DNA from: an uncultured Burkholderiales bacterium
GTDB taxonomy: Bacteria; Pseudomonadota; Gammaproteobacteria; Burkholderiales; Burkholderiaceae_C
Length of the DNA: 64,000 bases
NCBI GenBank assembly: GCA_903830725.1
Contig: CAIKVH010000101.1
Span: 2,043 to 66,042 of the forward strand
Direction of reading: 5' to 3'
The notes under the pieces were generated by a model. That model was not told where the DNA came from. It made no database searches and saw nothing but the letters and a program-made list of their open reading frames with translations. Shown one piece after another: positions 9,210 through 18,492 of the stretch; within the stretch, counting starts at the first letter, position 1; the number at the start of each line of letters is the position of its first letter. The position numbers were made by a program, and so were the translations under genes.

Positions 9210-10136
9210 ATGTTCGCTAAATTATTTTATACACTTTTAATTTTTATTTCTGCATTTCAGTGTGTAAGCGCTGAAAACATTAAAAATGCCCGCGATCTAG
9301 ATCAATCATTTGAATTCACAAAACACCTAAACAACAAAAAAATATTCCTACAACAAATGGCTGGAGGTGACGTAGCGGATTGGAAAAATGACGGTCAAAT
9401 TGACAAAGGCAATGTTCATTTCAAGACCGTTTGGAAGACACTTCAAGACGTTGATAGAAAGGAGCAGCCTGCGGACACAGTTCATGTAGGATTAAAACGA
9501 ATTTCAGAGAAATCCAACGAGTACCTTGGATGGATCTACTGGGATCGTTACTACCCGTTTCAAAAAGCGGTACTTGAACCAAAGATTTCACTAGCCGTAT
9601 TTACTTTAAATCCGTTGGAGCAGACCTTTGAGCTGAACTCCAAAGTAATGCCACTGAACACATTGGTTTTGGGTCAAACTGAGAATTTTCTGGATTTTGA
9701 TTGGGCACCCTTTCGACTTGGCCCTTTGGGGCGAGCAATTGGAATAAGAACCTACAGGGTAGGTTGCGGTGCAGGCGGGAGTTTATGCTCCAATGAACTT
9801 ATTCGATTATTTGCCATTCAAGAGCCCAATATAAGAGAGGTTTTTATATCAACAGTAGGCTATTACGGAGATTACGGCGGGGAATGGAATAAGGACCAAA
9901 CCAGACAGCATTGGGTTGAGGAGCTCAATGGAATACTAAACATCAAAGTAGCCGATAAAAATCAAATGCCTGTGCTAGTTCTTCGGGCAAAATTAAGGAA
10001 GAAGTGGCTGACCAGGAAATTCATCTGGGACAGGAGACCCGACGGGTCATTTCACTTTGAAACCAATGACTCAGAAATATTCCCACAAGTTCATAAGTTC
10101 GAATCTCTAGACGATCCCCGTTGGTCAAAGAATTAG
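9210..10136 (+). CDS. Secreted hypothetical protein (PA3715/immunity-like resemblance)
   Basis: N-terminal signal peptide; segment DFDWAPFRLGPLGRAIGIRT resembles PA3715-type proteins (recalled from memory, not searched). Confidence 0.6.
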   Translation: MFAKLFYTLLIFISAFQCVSAENIKNARDLDQSFEFTKHLNNKKIFLQQMAGGDVADWKNDGQIDKGNVHFKTVWKTLQDVDRKEQPADTVHVGLKRISEKSNEYLGWIYWDRYYPFQKAVLEPKISLAVFTLNPLEQTFELNSKVMPLNTLVLGQTENFLDFDWAPFRLGPLGRAIGIRTYRVGCGAGGSLCSNELIRLFAIQEPNIREVFISTVGYYGDYGGEWNKDQTRQHWVEELNGILNIKVADKNQMPVLVLRAKLRKKWLTRKFIWDRRPDGSFHFETNDSEIFPQVHKFESLDDPRWSKN

Positions 10137-10165
10137 CATTCCTAATTTTTTCAAATCAAATATTA

Positions 10166-10765
10166 ATGCACCACAGTCTCATTTCTGCAGTTCTACTCCT
10201 TCTAATTGTCTTAGATCCCTTTGGTTCACTGCCTATTTATATTGCGTCTATGAGCGCAGTACCCAACAGTAGAAAATTATTCGTAGCCCTGCGTGAGAGT
10301 GCGATTGCATTTTCTATGTTGTTGCTTTTTATGCTGGGTGGTGAGAAATTCTTGACCGTGATGCATCTAACAGAGCGATCCCTGGCGGTTTCTGGGGGTG
10401 TCATCCTATTTATTATTGCTATTCGCATGATTTTTGGAGAACCAGGAGGAGGACTTGCCGCATCAGACCCTACTCAAGAGCCGTTCATTGTGCCTTTAGC
10501 TATTCCCATGTTGGCGGGTCCCTCTGCAATGGCAACTGTATTATTGATGGCCTCAACGGAGTCGGACAATGTACTCGTTTGGATTGTTGCTCTAGGTATA
10601 ACTATCGCAATTTCAGCCTTGGTTTTGGTCTGCGCTGAGCGAATACGACAGATTGTTGGCTCTGCCGTAGTCGAGGCTAGTCAAAAGTTAATGGGCCTGG
10701 TTTTGGCTGCAATTGCAACTGAGATGATTCTGTCAGGGCTCAGGCAATATTTCCAAGCTGAGTGA
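10166..10765 (+). CDS. MarC family inner-membrane protein
   Basis: LDPFGSLP, GGVILFIIAIRMIF, IVPLAIPMLAGPSAMATVLL, KLMGLVLAAIA motifs; likely start at ATG 10166. Confidence 0.92.
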   Translation: MHHSLISAVLLLLIVLDPFGSLPIYIASMSAVPNSRKLFVALRESAIAFSMLLLFMLGGEKFLTVMHLTERSLAVSGGVILFIIAIRMIFGEPGGGLAASDPTQEPFIVPLAIPMLAGPSAMATVLLMASTESDNVLVWIVALGITIAISALVLVCAERIRQIVGSAVVEASQKLMGLVLAAIATEMILSGLRQYFQAE

Positions 10766-10783
10766 AGAGCGCAAGCCGTCTAA

Positions 10784-11503
10784 TTAGACAGCCAACTTGT
10801 CTGGAAGCAGGCGATCGTATTCGGTCTTTACGACTTGGTAACACTCGCAGGTCCGTCGCTCTAAGCCTGGACGGTCCAAGATTTTAATATGCCCACGGGC
10901 ATAAGAGATAAGTCCAGCCTTTTGTACTTTGAGAGCAGCCTCTGTGACCCCTTCTCGCCTTACCCCAAGCATATTTGCGATCAGCTCCTGCGTCATCACC
11001 AAATCGTTAGACGTGAGTCTATCTAAACTCAGTAACAACCATCTACAAAACTGCTGATCAAGGGTGTGATGGCGGTTGCAAACAGCTGTTTGCGACATTT
11101 GAGTAATTAATGCCTGTGTATAACGTAGAAACAAATGCATTACGGGGCCGGCTTTACCGAATTCTTCCATAATAACACTGGAATTAATTCTGTAACTCTT
11201 CCCAGCGCTTTGAACAACAGCGCTGCTGAGAGTACTTTGTCCGCCCATAAAAAGCGAGATACCAACACAACCTTCATTGCCGACAACTGCAATCTCAGCG
11301 GAGGCCCCGTTCTCAAGACCGTAAAGTAGGGAAACAATTGCAGTAGTGGGGAAGTAAACGTGAGCCAACTTATCACCGGATTCAGATAAAACCAACCCAA
11401 GAGGCATATCAAAGGGCTGGATGAAAGGCAATAGCCTTTCCCACTCAGGCGACGGAAGGGATTTGAAAAGCCAGTTTTGCTCTTTTAACGGACGTTTATC
11501 CAA
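10784..11503 (-). CDS. Crp/Fnr family transcriptional regulator
   Basis: cNMP-binding-like domain (VYFPTTAIVSL, VGNEGCVG) and HTH MTQELIANMLGVRREGVTEAA. Confidence 0.95.
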   Translation of the reverse strand: MDKRPLKEQNWLFKSLPSPEWERLLPFIQPFDMPLGLVLSESGDKLAHVYFPTTAIVSLLYGLENGASAEIAVVGNEGCVGISLFMGGQSTLSSAVVQSAGKSYRINSSVIMEEFGKAGPVMHLFLRYTQALITQMSQTAVCNRHHTLDQQFCRWLLLSLDRLTSNDLVMTQELIANMLGVRREGVTEAALKVQKAGLISYARGHIKILDRPGLERRTCECYQVVKTEYDRLLPDKLAV

Positions 11504-11565
11504 TTTGGTTCCTAAAGATTAATATTTAATTGATATGCTAAATATATTATTTAAAATGCTTTGCG

Positions 11566-11585
11566 TATGTGCGCTATCGAACATA
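11566..11585. promoter_or_regulatory. Imperfect palindrome TATGTGCG-CTAT-CGAACATA, candidate Crp/Fnr-family operator
   Basis: 8-4-8 inverted repeat with one mismatch in the divergent intergenic region next to the Crp/Fnr gene. Confidence 0.4.
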
Positions 11586-11684
11586 TGATAGATTTGGAGA
11601 ATGTTGTTTCAAAAAGCAGCAACTCCAAATCAAAACAACGAGATCTGGGCCAAAAATAGTTAGTAGGTTTTTAAAGGATAAACA

Positions 11685-13544
11685 ATGGCAAACTGGGTAA
11701 CAAACGAATTAAAAGTCACTGGCGACGTTACTGATCTAAACATCTTTGCCAACGACATCGGCAACCCCCAAAACCCATTTAATTTCAAAAAACTAAGAGA
11801 GTTGTTCGGAGCGTCATGGGACAGTCGAGATGAGGGACGCATCCCCAAACTGTCAATCGATAAAAAGAAACAAATACTGACCTATACAGTGGACTCTGTA
11901 TACGAGCCCTTGAAAGAATTGTTTTCAGCAATTGCTCAAAAATATCCTAAATTAAATTTTGAACTCTTCTATATAGAGGAGGGGCCAGCATTTGCTGGAT
12001 TGATTATTTATGAAAACGGGGAAGAGTCTGCAAGTGCAGTAACTGATCAATTTGAATATAACAGAAATGATGAGGTAAAACTGAAGAAACTAAAAGAAAC
12101 GTTGCGCACTTGTTTAAGACCTCTGGCCTCTGAGTCAATTGATCCTGATAATGAGGATCCTTTTGTTAATTTAAAGCAATTATTAGATCAAAAATCGATG
12201 GATTTTCTTTTGCCAATTTTTACAAGTGCTGCTGATCCTAATGCTTCAATTGAAGAAACAAGGAATTTGATTAAAGATACGGCTACAAGTATTTTATGGA
12301 AAGTTTTTCCGCTAATTCCTGAGCACTGCTTAGACGAGAACCTCGCAACACATCTTTGCAACATTAGTCAAAGTTTCCTGGCCTCATTACCTCCATCATA
12401 CAAAAACAAAAGCTTTTACGAAAAGTTCGTACAGCAAAGCAATTCCGGCGGAGGCGAACTCTATTACATTCCAGAAGAATTTCTTACAAAAGCAATGATT
12501 GATTTCACCTTAAATAGAACAATCAAATCATTTCGATTTTTAAGAAGAAAATTTTTAACTCAAGAAATATGTCTACAAGCGTATAAAAATGATTTCGAAT
12601 CCATCCAATACATGGATAGTATTTATATAACCAAGGAGATGGCCTTAGATGTTATTGAAAAACATATTGACCTTACCTGTTATTTGCCGGAGCAATATTT
12701 ATCTGAGGAAGCTATCACAAAATATATTACGACCTATACAGGCTTCAATCCAACAAAAATAATGAAAGGAAATGCTGATAATGACTTTAGTATCGCCTAT
12801 TTGGACTGGATTCCTAATAAATACTTTACTAAAAATGTACTGCATGCTATCGCCACTTATCACCCCATGTCGCTTAGGGACGTCCCAATTGAATACGTAT
12901 CGGAAGAAATTCTATTGAAAGGCGTTCAAGGTAAAAATGTTAATGCTAATTTTTTATTCAAATACGGCGCTGACGATAAACGCGTTCTCTGGCCACCCAA
13001 AACTCTTTTGACCAAGAAGTTGTTAGAAGAAGCTGTGTTTCACCTTCCACACACATTGGAAAATCTCTCAGACAAGGTGAAGGAAGATATTTTTTCCGAT
13101 CATTCTTTTTTGCTAAGATTTCAAGAAAACTATTTGATAAATTCTTCCAAATTTACCAGAAACAAATTTAGCTTTTGCTTCACCTACCTACCCCATAATG
13201 CATTAGACGAAAAATTTGTTTCGGAATTAATTACCTCTACCTTCTTAGAATCACGACATGAATTTAACGAAGATGCTGCGCGTCAAATACCAAATCACAT
13301 CCTCTCTACTTCATTTATTTCAAAGTGTATTGATTTGATAGCTACTAAATTAGACAAGGACAGGCATATCTCCGACTTTATTCTCTACCCCTGTTATAAG
13401 GGTAATAAATTTTGCTACGACACGTGGATTCCAAAACAATTTCTTACAAATGACCTGCTAGAAAAAATCACTCTGCTTGATCCCCATGCTCTAAAAAAAC
13501 TTCCCAAATCGTTGGTCAAAAAAGTAAATAAAAAAAATATTTGA
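11685..13544 (+). CDS. Hypothetical protein: N-terminal YubB/DUF1281-like ferredoxin-fold domain plus C-terminal DUF4116-like helical repeats
   Basis: Start MANWVTNELKVTG...FELFYIEEGPAFAG resembles the YubB-like family; about 10 repeats of type xP-x-x-(F/Y)-(L/I)-T-x-E (IPEEFLTKAM, RRKFLTQEIC, LPEQYLSEEA, IPNKYFTKNV, VPIEYVSEEI, IPKQFLTNDL). Confidence 0.65.
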   Translation: MANWVTNELKVTGDVTDLNIFANDIGNPQNPFNFKKLRELFGASWDSRDEGRIPKLSIDKKKQILTYTVDSVYEPLKELFSAIAQKYPKLNFELFYIEEGPAFAGLIIYENGEESASAVTDQFEYNRNDEVKLKKLKETLRTCLRPLASESIDPDNEDPFVNLKQLLDQKSMDFLLPIFTSAADPNASIEETRNLIKDTATSILWKVFPLIPEHCLDENLATHLCNISQSFLASLPPSYKNKSFYEKFVQQSNSGGGELYYIPEEFLTKAMIDFTLNRTIKSFRFLRRKFLTQEICLQAYKNDFESIQYMDSIYITKEMALDVIEKHIDLTCYLPEQYLSEEAITKYITTYTGFNPTKIMKGNADNDFSIAYLDWIPNKYFTKNVLHAIATYHPMSLRDVPIEYVSEEILLKGVQGKNVNANFLFKYGADDKRVLWPPKTLLTKKLLEEAVFHLPHTLENLSDKVKEDIFSDHSFLLRFQENYLINSSKFTRNKFSFCFTYLPHNALDEKFVSELITSTFLESRHEFNEDAARQIPNHILSTSFISKCIDLIATKLDKDRHISDFILYPCYKGNKFCYDTWIPKQFLTNDLLEKITLLDPHALKKLPKSLVKKVNKKNI

Positions 13545-13607
13545 TGAAGAGTTAATTTCGAAGTACCCTCGAAATGGGAAAATACCATCTATTATTAAAA
13601 CTATTTC

Positions 13608-13671
13608 TAATCTCCTTATCTCCTTATCTCCTTATCTCCTTATCTCCTAATCTCCTAATCTCCTAATCTCC
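13608..13671. repeat. 8-bp tandem repeat, 8 copies (T[T/A]ATCTCC)
   Basis: Read directly: TAATCTCC, TTATCTCC x4, TAATCTCC x3. Confidence 0.95.
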
Positions 13672-13887
13672 TGCACCCCTCAACCTAAAGCTCTCAATAG
13701 CAGGGCTTGATCCGCTGACATTGTGGTATTGAAATAAATACGCTAGCTTCTTAAAACCACTGTAAATACTTACATTATTGTTGTTATTTTTATATATTTA
13801 CTAGCTAATTTTTTGAGCTTTTGAACCACTAGCTCATTCTATGATCTTGTGGGAGCCGATCATCACTTCAACAACAAATAACTGGAG

Positions 13888-14577
13888 TTGAAGGTGGCAG
13901 TTTTAAAGTATCCATTTTATATCGCAGGTATCGTCTTCGCTGTACTGAGTATTTACTCGGTCAGCACTGAGAAGCCGCGCCAGTACAAAGCTAAACCCAT
14001 AGCGGAAGAACCTGTCAAAACTGTAGATGTACCGTCCCCTACTGAGTCGCCCACCAATTCGCTTGCTAAGGTTACCCCTTCATCTGAAGCCCTGAAGGGC
14101 TCTACTCCATCTCCCACCGGAGCGAGCCCGACTGCTCCAGTAAAGCAAGCTAATGAGCCAAGCCCCCCGCCTCAGAATGCTCCCAATGCTGGCGCAACAA
14201 ATGTTGTTATTGGCTACTCAAATAATGACGTTGGAGGCAAGATGGTTTTAACACTTAATAAATGTGAGAAATCTACTGGGAGTGTTGCCTATACCACCGC
14301 CCCTGACGGAAAGGTTGACTATGGGTGCTGGAACTTTGATGAGCTATTCATCGTCATTAAATGGGAAAAAGCGGGAATCAATAACTATACCTACGACAAG
14401 TTTGTTGATTACACGACAAACGAGCGCCTGACCCCAAAGCAATTGTTCGCAGCCACTCAAAAGCCACTCCCCACAACATCAGCTATACAGACTACCCCAT
14501 CAGTTCCTGCTACATCTGCTGCTTCTATTTCGGCTACATCTAACGCAACAAGAAACGCAAATGGAGTTAAAAAATGA
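13888..14577 (+). CDS. Membrane-anchored hypothetical protein with Pro/Thr/Ser-rich linkers
   Basis: TTG start, N-terminal hydrophobic helix, PST-rich linkers flanking a compact two-Cys domain (GGKMVLTLNKC...YGCW). Confidence 0.7.
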   Translation: MKVAVLKYPFYIAGIVFAVLSIYSVSTEKPRQYKAKPIAEEPVKTVDVPSPTESPTNSLAKVTPSSEALKGSTPSPTGASPTAPVKQANEPSPPPQNAPNAGATNVVIGYSNNDVGGKMVLTLNKCEKSTGSVAYTTAPDGKVDYGCWNFDELFIVIKWEKAGINNYTYDKFVDYTTNERLTPKQLFAATQKPLPTTSAIQTTPSVPATSAASISATSNATRNANGVKK

Positions 14578-14616
14578 AAAATTCTCTAAATCTATATTAT
14601 TCGAGTGAGGTGAGTT

Positions 14617-15861
14617 ATGGATGCTAATGCTGTAAGAAATTTTCAACGAATGATCAATCCTGATGAGTCTGAGCTCATTCGTCATGCCAGAACCGGAGAA
14701 GTAGACGGGACCAAGGAATACCCGCCACTTAAAACGCAAGGCTTGTCGGATCATGAGAAACAAATAATTTATGAGGGCAAGAATGAGTGGATGAAATACT
14801 CATCACTGATGGAACAGCACAGGCATGAGCTGGCTGACAGAATTCATAATTTACAAAATCAACATGAGAGTGCAAACCATACAGTAGCAACCACCTTTGC
14901 TGAGTCACTTACAAAGGAGATCGAAATTCTTGACCATGAGTTAGGAACTTTCTCAGCAGAGTTTCGCCATCACGAGGATGCATCTCTTCAAGCAAAAGAG
15001 GAAAAAAATAAAATTGAAGAAGTGCTTGGTCGCCCCCTTCAAATAGACCATACTGATTTCTATATTCCAGCACTAGTTGTGCTTGCGATTGCGGAGGTCC
15101 CAATCAATAGGCTGGCGTTTGAACTCTTTTTTGAATCAATGCCGCTGGTCTCACTTTTAATATCCGCAGCCATTGGAGGATTACTTATTTTCTTTGCCCA
15201 TACCATTGGTCTCCTTATAAAGCGACTCCAGTGCAAGGAAATTGAGATCAACGTAGATCATGTTTATTTAACAATTACGTTGCTCTCCATTCTGACCATG
15301 ATGCTTATGTATTTTCTGGGTCTTATGCGAGAGAAATGGGTGGATGTAAATGATCCTGGAGCAATAAATCTGGAATCTTTCATCAACTCAGCCACAAATA
15401 CAGATAAGGGAATTGCGGAATCATTTCTGATTGGCTCAAGAGGTTTTACGCTTTTACTTCTCAACCTCGCCATTTTTACGGTTGGAATGATGCTGGCCTT
15501 CTTAAGACATGATCCCCACCCTTTTTATGAAAAGGCTGTCAATTTATACAACAAAGCTGAACAGAAGTTTTTGATCTACAAGCGTAAGTATGAAGCCAGA
15601 AAAAATGAGCTGATGAAGGCCCACAACAAGCGACTCAACGAGAAACGAGCAGAAATAAAAATTATTGAAGAACAAATTAAAAACCATATCCGCGAGCTAG
15701 ACGGTATTGATAAGAAGGTCACAACAGACCGTAGAAATCTAATTTCCGCTTTGGCCAGAAAGGTAATGGCGTACCAGCACAGTAATCAAAAGATACGTAA
15801 AACTCCACCTCCTGATTACTTTAAATCCGATTTGATTCAAATGATTGAGGAGCTCATCTAA
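14617..15861 (+). CDS. Membrane protein with N- and C-terminal coiled coils and about 4 TM helices
   Basis: Heptad-rich N-terminus, four hydrophobic segments, long K/E-rich coiled-coil C-terminus. Confidence 0.8.
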   Translation: MDANAVRNFQRMINPDESELIRHARTGEVDGTKEYPPLKTQGLSDHEKQIIYEGKNEWMKYSSLMEQHRHELADRIHNLQNQHESANHTVATTFAESLTKEIEILDHELGTFSAEFRHHEDASLQAKEEKNKIEEVLGRPLQIDHTDFYIPALVVLAIAEVPINRLAFELFFESMPLVSLLISAAIGGLLIFFAHTIGLLIKRLQCKEIEINVDHVYLTITLLSILTMMLMYFLGLMREKWVDVNDPGAINLESFINSATNTDKGIAESFLIGSRGFTLLLLNLAIFTVGMMLAFLRHDPHPFYEKAVNLYNKAEQKFLIYKRKYEARKNELMKAHNKRLNEKRAEIKIIEEQIKNHIRELDGIDKKVTTDRRNLISALARKVMAYQHSNQKIRKTPPPDYFKSDLIQMIEELI

Positions 15862-16593
15862 ATGAAAAATCATAACCTCAACACACGCAATTTAATCACT
15901 CAACTCTACTTTGGTCTTATTTTTCTATGCCTGACTTTCCTCACTTTCTCCTCCTTTGCAGGAGATAAATACTGTCAAAAGAGCGGAACGGCAAAGACGT
16001 TTGATATTCATATTTACGGTAATACCTATAAAGATCCCAACGCCAAGAGACAGATGGCACAAGGTCTTACTGATCTTTACCGCGGAGTTGCTGTCGGTGA
16101 CCGCATAAAGGTCTATAACCACAACGCAACGGGTTATAACTTGAGTATGGATCAATGTGTTCCCGGATGTCCAGAGGTATCGTTCGTTGAAAGCTTGGTC
16201 GGAACATCGTGCTCCACAGAAGTGGCTAAACGTGACCGTAAAGCTTTCAACCAGCGCTTTGCTGAAGCGACTATGTCCGAAATTAACCGGGATAACTCAA
16301 GTTACGACATCTTTAAGGCAATTCAAGATTTGAATGATGTCTACAAAGGTGAGCACACGAACAATATCGTTGCCGTCGCAATATCAATGATTCCAGACGG
16401 AATCAATCCAACAGATCCCAATGCTTTTAATAAGTTCTACGTAACAAACGTTCCAAATTTGAATTTAGCCCTTGAATTCCCCCCCGTATGTACGGTCGGC
16501 ACTTCACCTAACTCTGAGGTTCTTAAATTTTGGAAGGAGGTCTTCACCTTAAAGCATGTGAAATTTGATTTCAAACCATGCAACAAAGATTAA
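15862..16593 (+). CDS. Secreted hypothetical protein, possibly degenerate vWA-like fold
   Basis: Signal peptide; paired Cys; SYDIFKAIQDL, VAVAISMI and FWKEVF segments recall vWA-like partners of membrane coiled-coil proteins (inference). ATG directly abuts the upstream TAA. Confidence 0.65.
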   Translation: MKNHNLNTRNLITQLYFGLIFLCLTFLTFSSFAGDKYCQKSGTAKTFDIHIYGNTYKDPNAKRQMAQGLTDLYRGVAVGDRIKVYNHNATGYNLSMDQCVPGCPEVSFVESLVGTSCSTEVAKRDRKAFNQRFAEATMSEINRDNSSYDIFKAIQDLNDVYKGEHTNNIVAVAISMIPDGINPTDPNAFNKFYVTNVPNLNLALEFPPVCTVGTSPNSEVLKFWKEVFTLKHVKFDFKPCNKD

Positions 16594-16605
16594 TAAGGAT
16601 TATTT

Positions 16606-18012
16606 ATGAAAAAATTTCTTTACGCAACTACCCTACTCGTTTCAATGAGCCTTATATTTTGTGCAAATACTTTTGCCCAAGAAAAACCTAATGCTGACGC
16701 GCAGTTTAGAGAACTTTACCCCAAGGCCCTCTCAGGCGAGCCGGGGGCAATGTTTGCGCTTGGAAAGATCTATCTTGACGGTACGTCCTCAGCAGGAAAA
16801 GATATGGGTAAGGGAATGGACTACATTTACCGCGCCTCCAACGCTGGAAACACAGCAGCAACAAAATATATGATCGATTTGTATGAGCGCAGTGGCTCTG
16901 ACAGAGCGCTAGAGCTTTGTCAAAAATTGCAAAAAGCCGGCGATAAATACTGTGATAAAAAAATGGAGGCCTTGGTCGAGCGCAGTATTCCTAAGAACAT
17001 CTCACCCAATAACTGCAAAAAGCTATCTGATCTCTACAGCAGCGGTAACCAAGGTCCTGTCGTTAAGGCAGAAGTCACGAATTGTGTTCTGCAAGGTTTA
17101 TCCACAGTTATACCTATGGATCAGGCTATGAGCAACCTGAGAGGTCAGGCGACTACGGATCCAAAAGCTTTTACAAAGTTGATGAGCTATATGCTCAAAG
17201 CAGGTACACCCGATTGGGATCCTTTGTTTGTTGAAGAAAACCTTTCGAAAGCTGGACTCAGCTTTAAGGACAAGGAGGTACGTGAGATGTTTGCCAAAAA
17301 CGATATTACCTTTGATGGTTGCAGAAAAATGGACCGATTAAAGCGCGAGAACCTTCGGCAACGTCCCTCAGTATGCAGAATGGCTGCAAGAAGCGGAGAT
17401 GAGGATGCAGCTCTTTATGTTGGAGATGCTTACCTAGGCGGTAAAGACTATTTTCCGGAAGACGCAGCTGAAGCATCAGTTTATGTGAAAGAAGCATCAC
17501 AGTCAAAAAATCCCCTTGTGTCGACTGATGCTTTTGGCTTGCTGATGGACATCTACCGTAAGCAAGGCAAATTCTATGAACATTTTGCAACAATCAAACA
17601 AGAGATTAAATCCAACTCCATCAACAAACGTGCGGCATTGGCGAGCTTTAACTATGAGGCTGATTACTTTGCAAAGAATCACAATAACATGAGTCTTGAA
17701 GATATTCTTGATCTGATAGCGCTTTCGGATTCAAGCGAGATTAGTCAAGATGCAAAAAGTCGAATTGGGAAAACAATTGATGAGGTGATCAAAGATCGTG
17801 CCCGTTTAATTCGCCCGATCGAGAAAGATTCAATGCTCATGTACAAAGAACGCTTACTCAGTCAAAAGGAGAAAGAGGAACTTGAGGCCATAAGGCTAGC
17901 AGCAACTCCTCTAATTAAGCAAAGCGATTCCTATACCTCAGCAAGCTCACCCAAGTCCAGCGATAAAGATGATGGATTGACAGACAAACCTTCAACCAGG
18001 AGTTCAAAATGA
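16606..18012 (+). CDS. Secreted Sel1/TPR-repeat protein
   Basis: Signal peptide; Sel1 repeats GEPGAMFALGKIYLDG...RASNAGNTAA and GDEDAALYVGDAYLGG...KEA; RBS-like AAGGA upstream. Confidence 0.8.
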   Translation: MKKFLYATTLLVSMSLIFCANTFAQEKPNADAQFRELYPKALSGEPGAMFALGKIYLDGTSSAGKDMGKGMDYIYRASNAGNTAATKYMIDLYERSGSDRALELCQKLQKAGDKYCDKKMEALVERSIPKNISPNNCKKLSDLYSSGNQGPVVKAEVTNCVLQGLSTVIPMDQAMSNLRGQATTDPKAFTKLMSYMLKAGTPDWDPLFVEENLSKAGLSFKDKEVREMFAKNDITFDGCRKMDRLKRENLRQRPSVCRMAARSGDEDAALYVGDAYLGGKDYFPEDAAEASVYVKEASQSKNPLVSTDAFGLLMDIYRKQGKFYEHFATIKQEIKSNSINKRAALASFNYEADYFAKNHNNMSLEDILDLIALSDSSEISQDAKSRIGKTIDEVIKDRARLIRPIEKDSMLMYKERLLSQKEKEELEAIRLAATPLIKQSDSYTSASSPKSSDKDDGLTDKPSTRSSK

Positions 18013-18488
18013 ACGATCGTATTTCTCATACCAATAATCGAAGTGCCCTGACTCAACTTATACAGTTGATGGCTATTAAGTTTTCTACATTTGTCGCAGT
18101 CGCTGTTGCTTTAACAGCGTTCACCGGTTGCGGAACTCAGTCTCCCCCCCCTCCTACTGAAAAACAACTCATGACAATCCGCATGGGTGATACAAACGCA
18201 GTAGAGGTCCTGGACATGCGCAGTGTTATGCGAAACAACTTGCTAACAGCCCAAGTCACAGTCAAGAACTGGGGTCCTACACCTGACCCAAAAACAGGTG
18301 AACAACGTGCCGATACGAAGCTTTATGGATACCGTTTTAAATGGCTATCCGACAGTGGAATGGTTGTATTTACAGATGAGACTTGGAAGCCCCTCACCTT
18401 GACGAGAGACCAAACAGCGGATTTAGTCGGCATTGCCCCTACCCCTGATGCTTCGGCATTCAGATTTGAAATTAATCAATACAAGTGA
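18009..18488 (+). CDS. ycfL: YcfL (DUF1425)-family lipoprotein
   Basis: Lipobox AFTGC; YGYRFKWLSDSG...WKPLTL...GIAPTPDASAFRFEI pattern. ATGA overlap with the upstream gene; alternative start 18069. Confidence 0.8.
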   Translation: MNDRISHTNNRSALTQLIQLMAIKFSTFVAVAVALTAFTGCGTQSPPPPTEKQLMTIRMGDTNAVEVLDMRSVMRNNLLTAQVTVKNWGPTPDPKTGEQRADTKLYGYRFKWLSDSGMVVFTDETWKPLTLTRDQTADLVGIAPTPDASAFRFEINQYK

Positions 18489-18492
18489 GCAC

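Noticed and set aside
8495-10140. Integron cassette array for the run of short secreted-protein genes
   Set aside because: The intergenic gaps are 5-52 bp and lack paired RYYYAAC...GTTRRRY attC ends.
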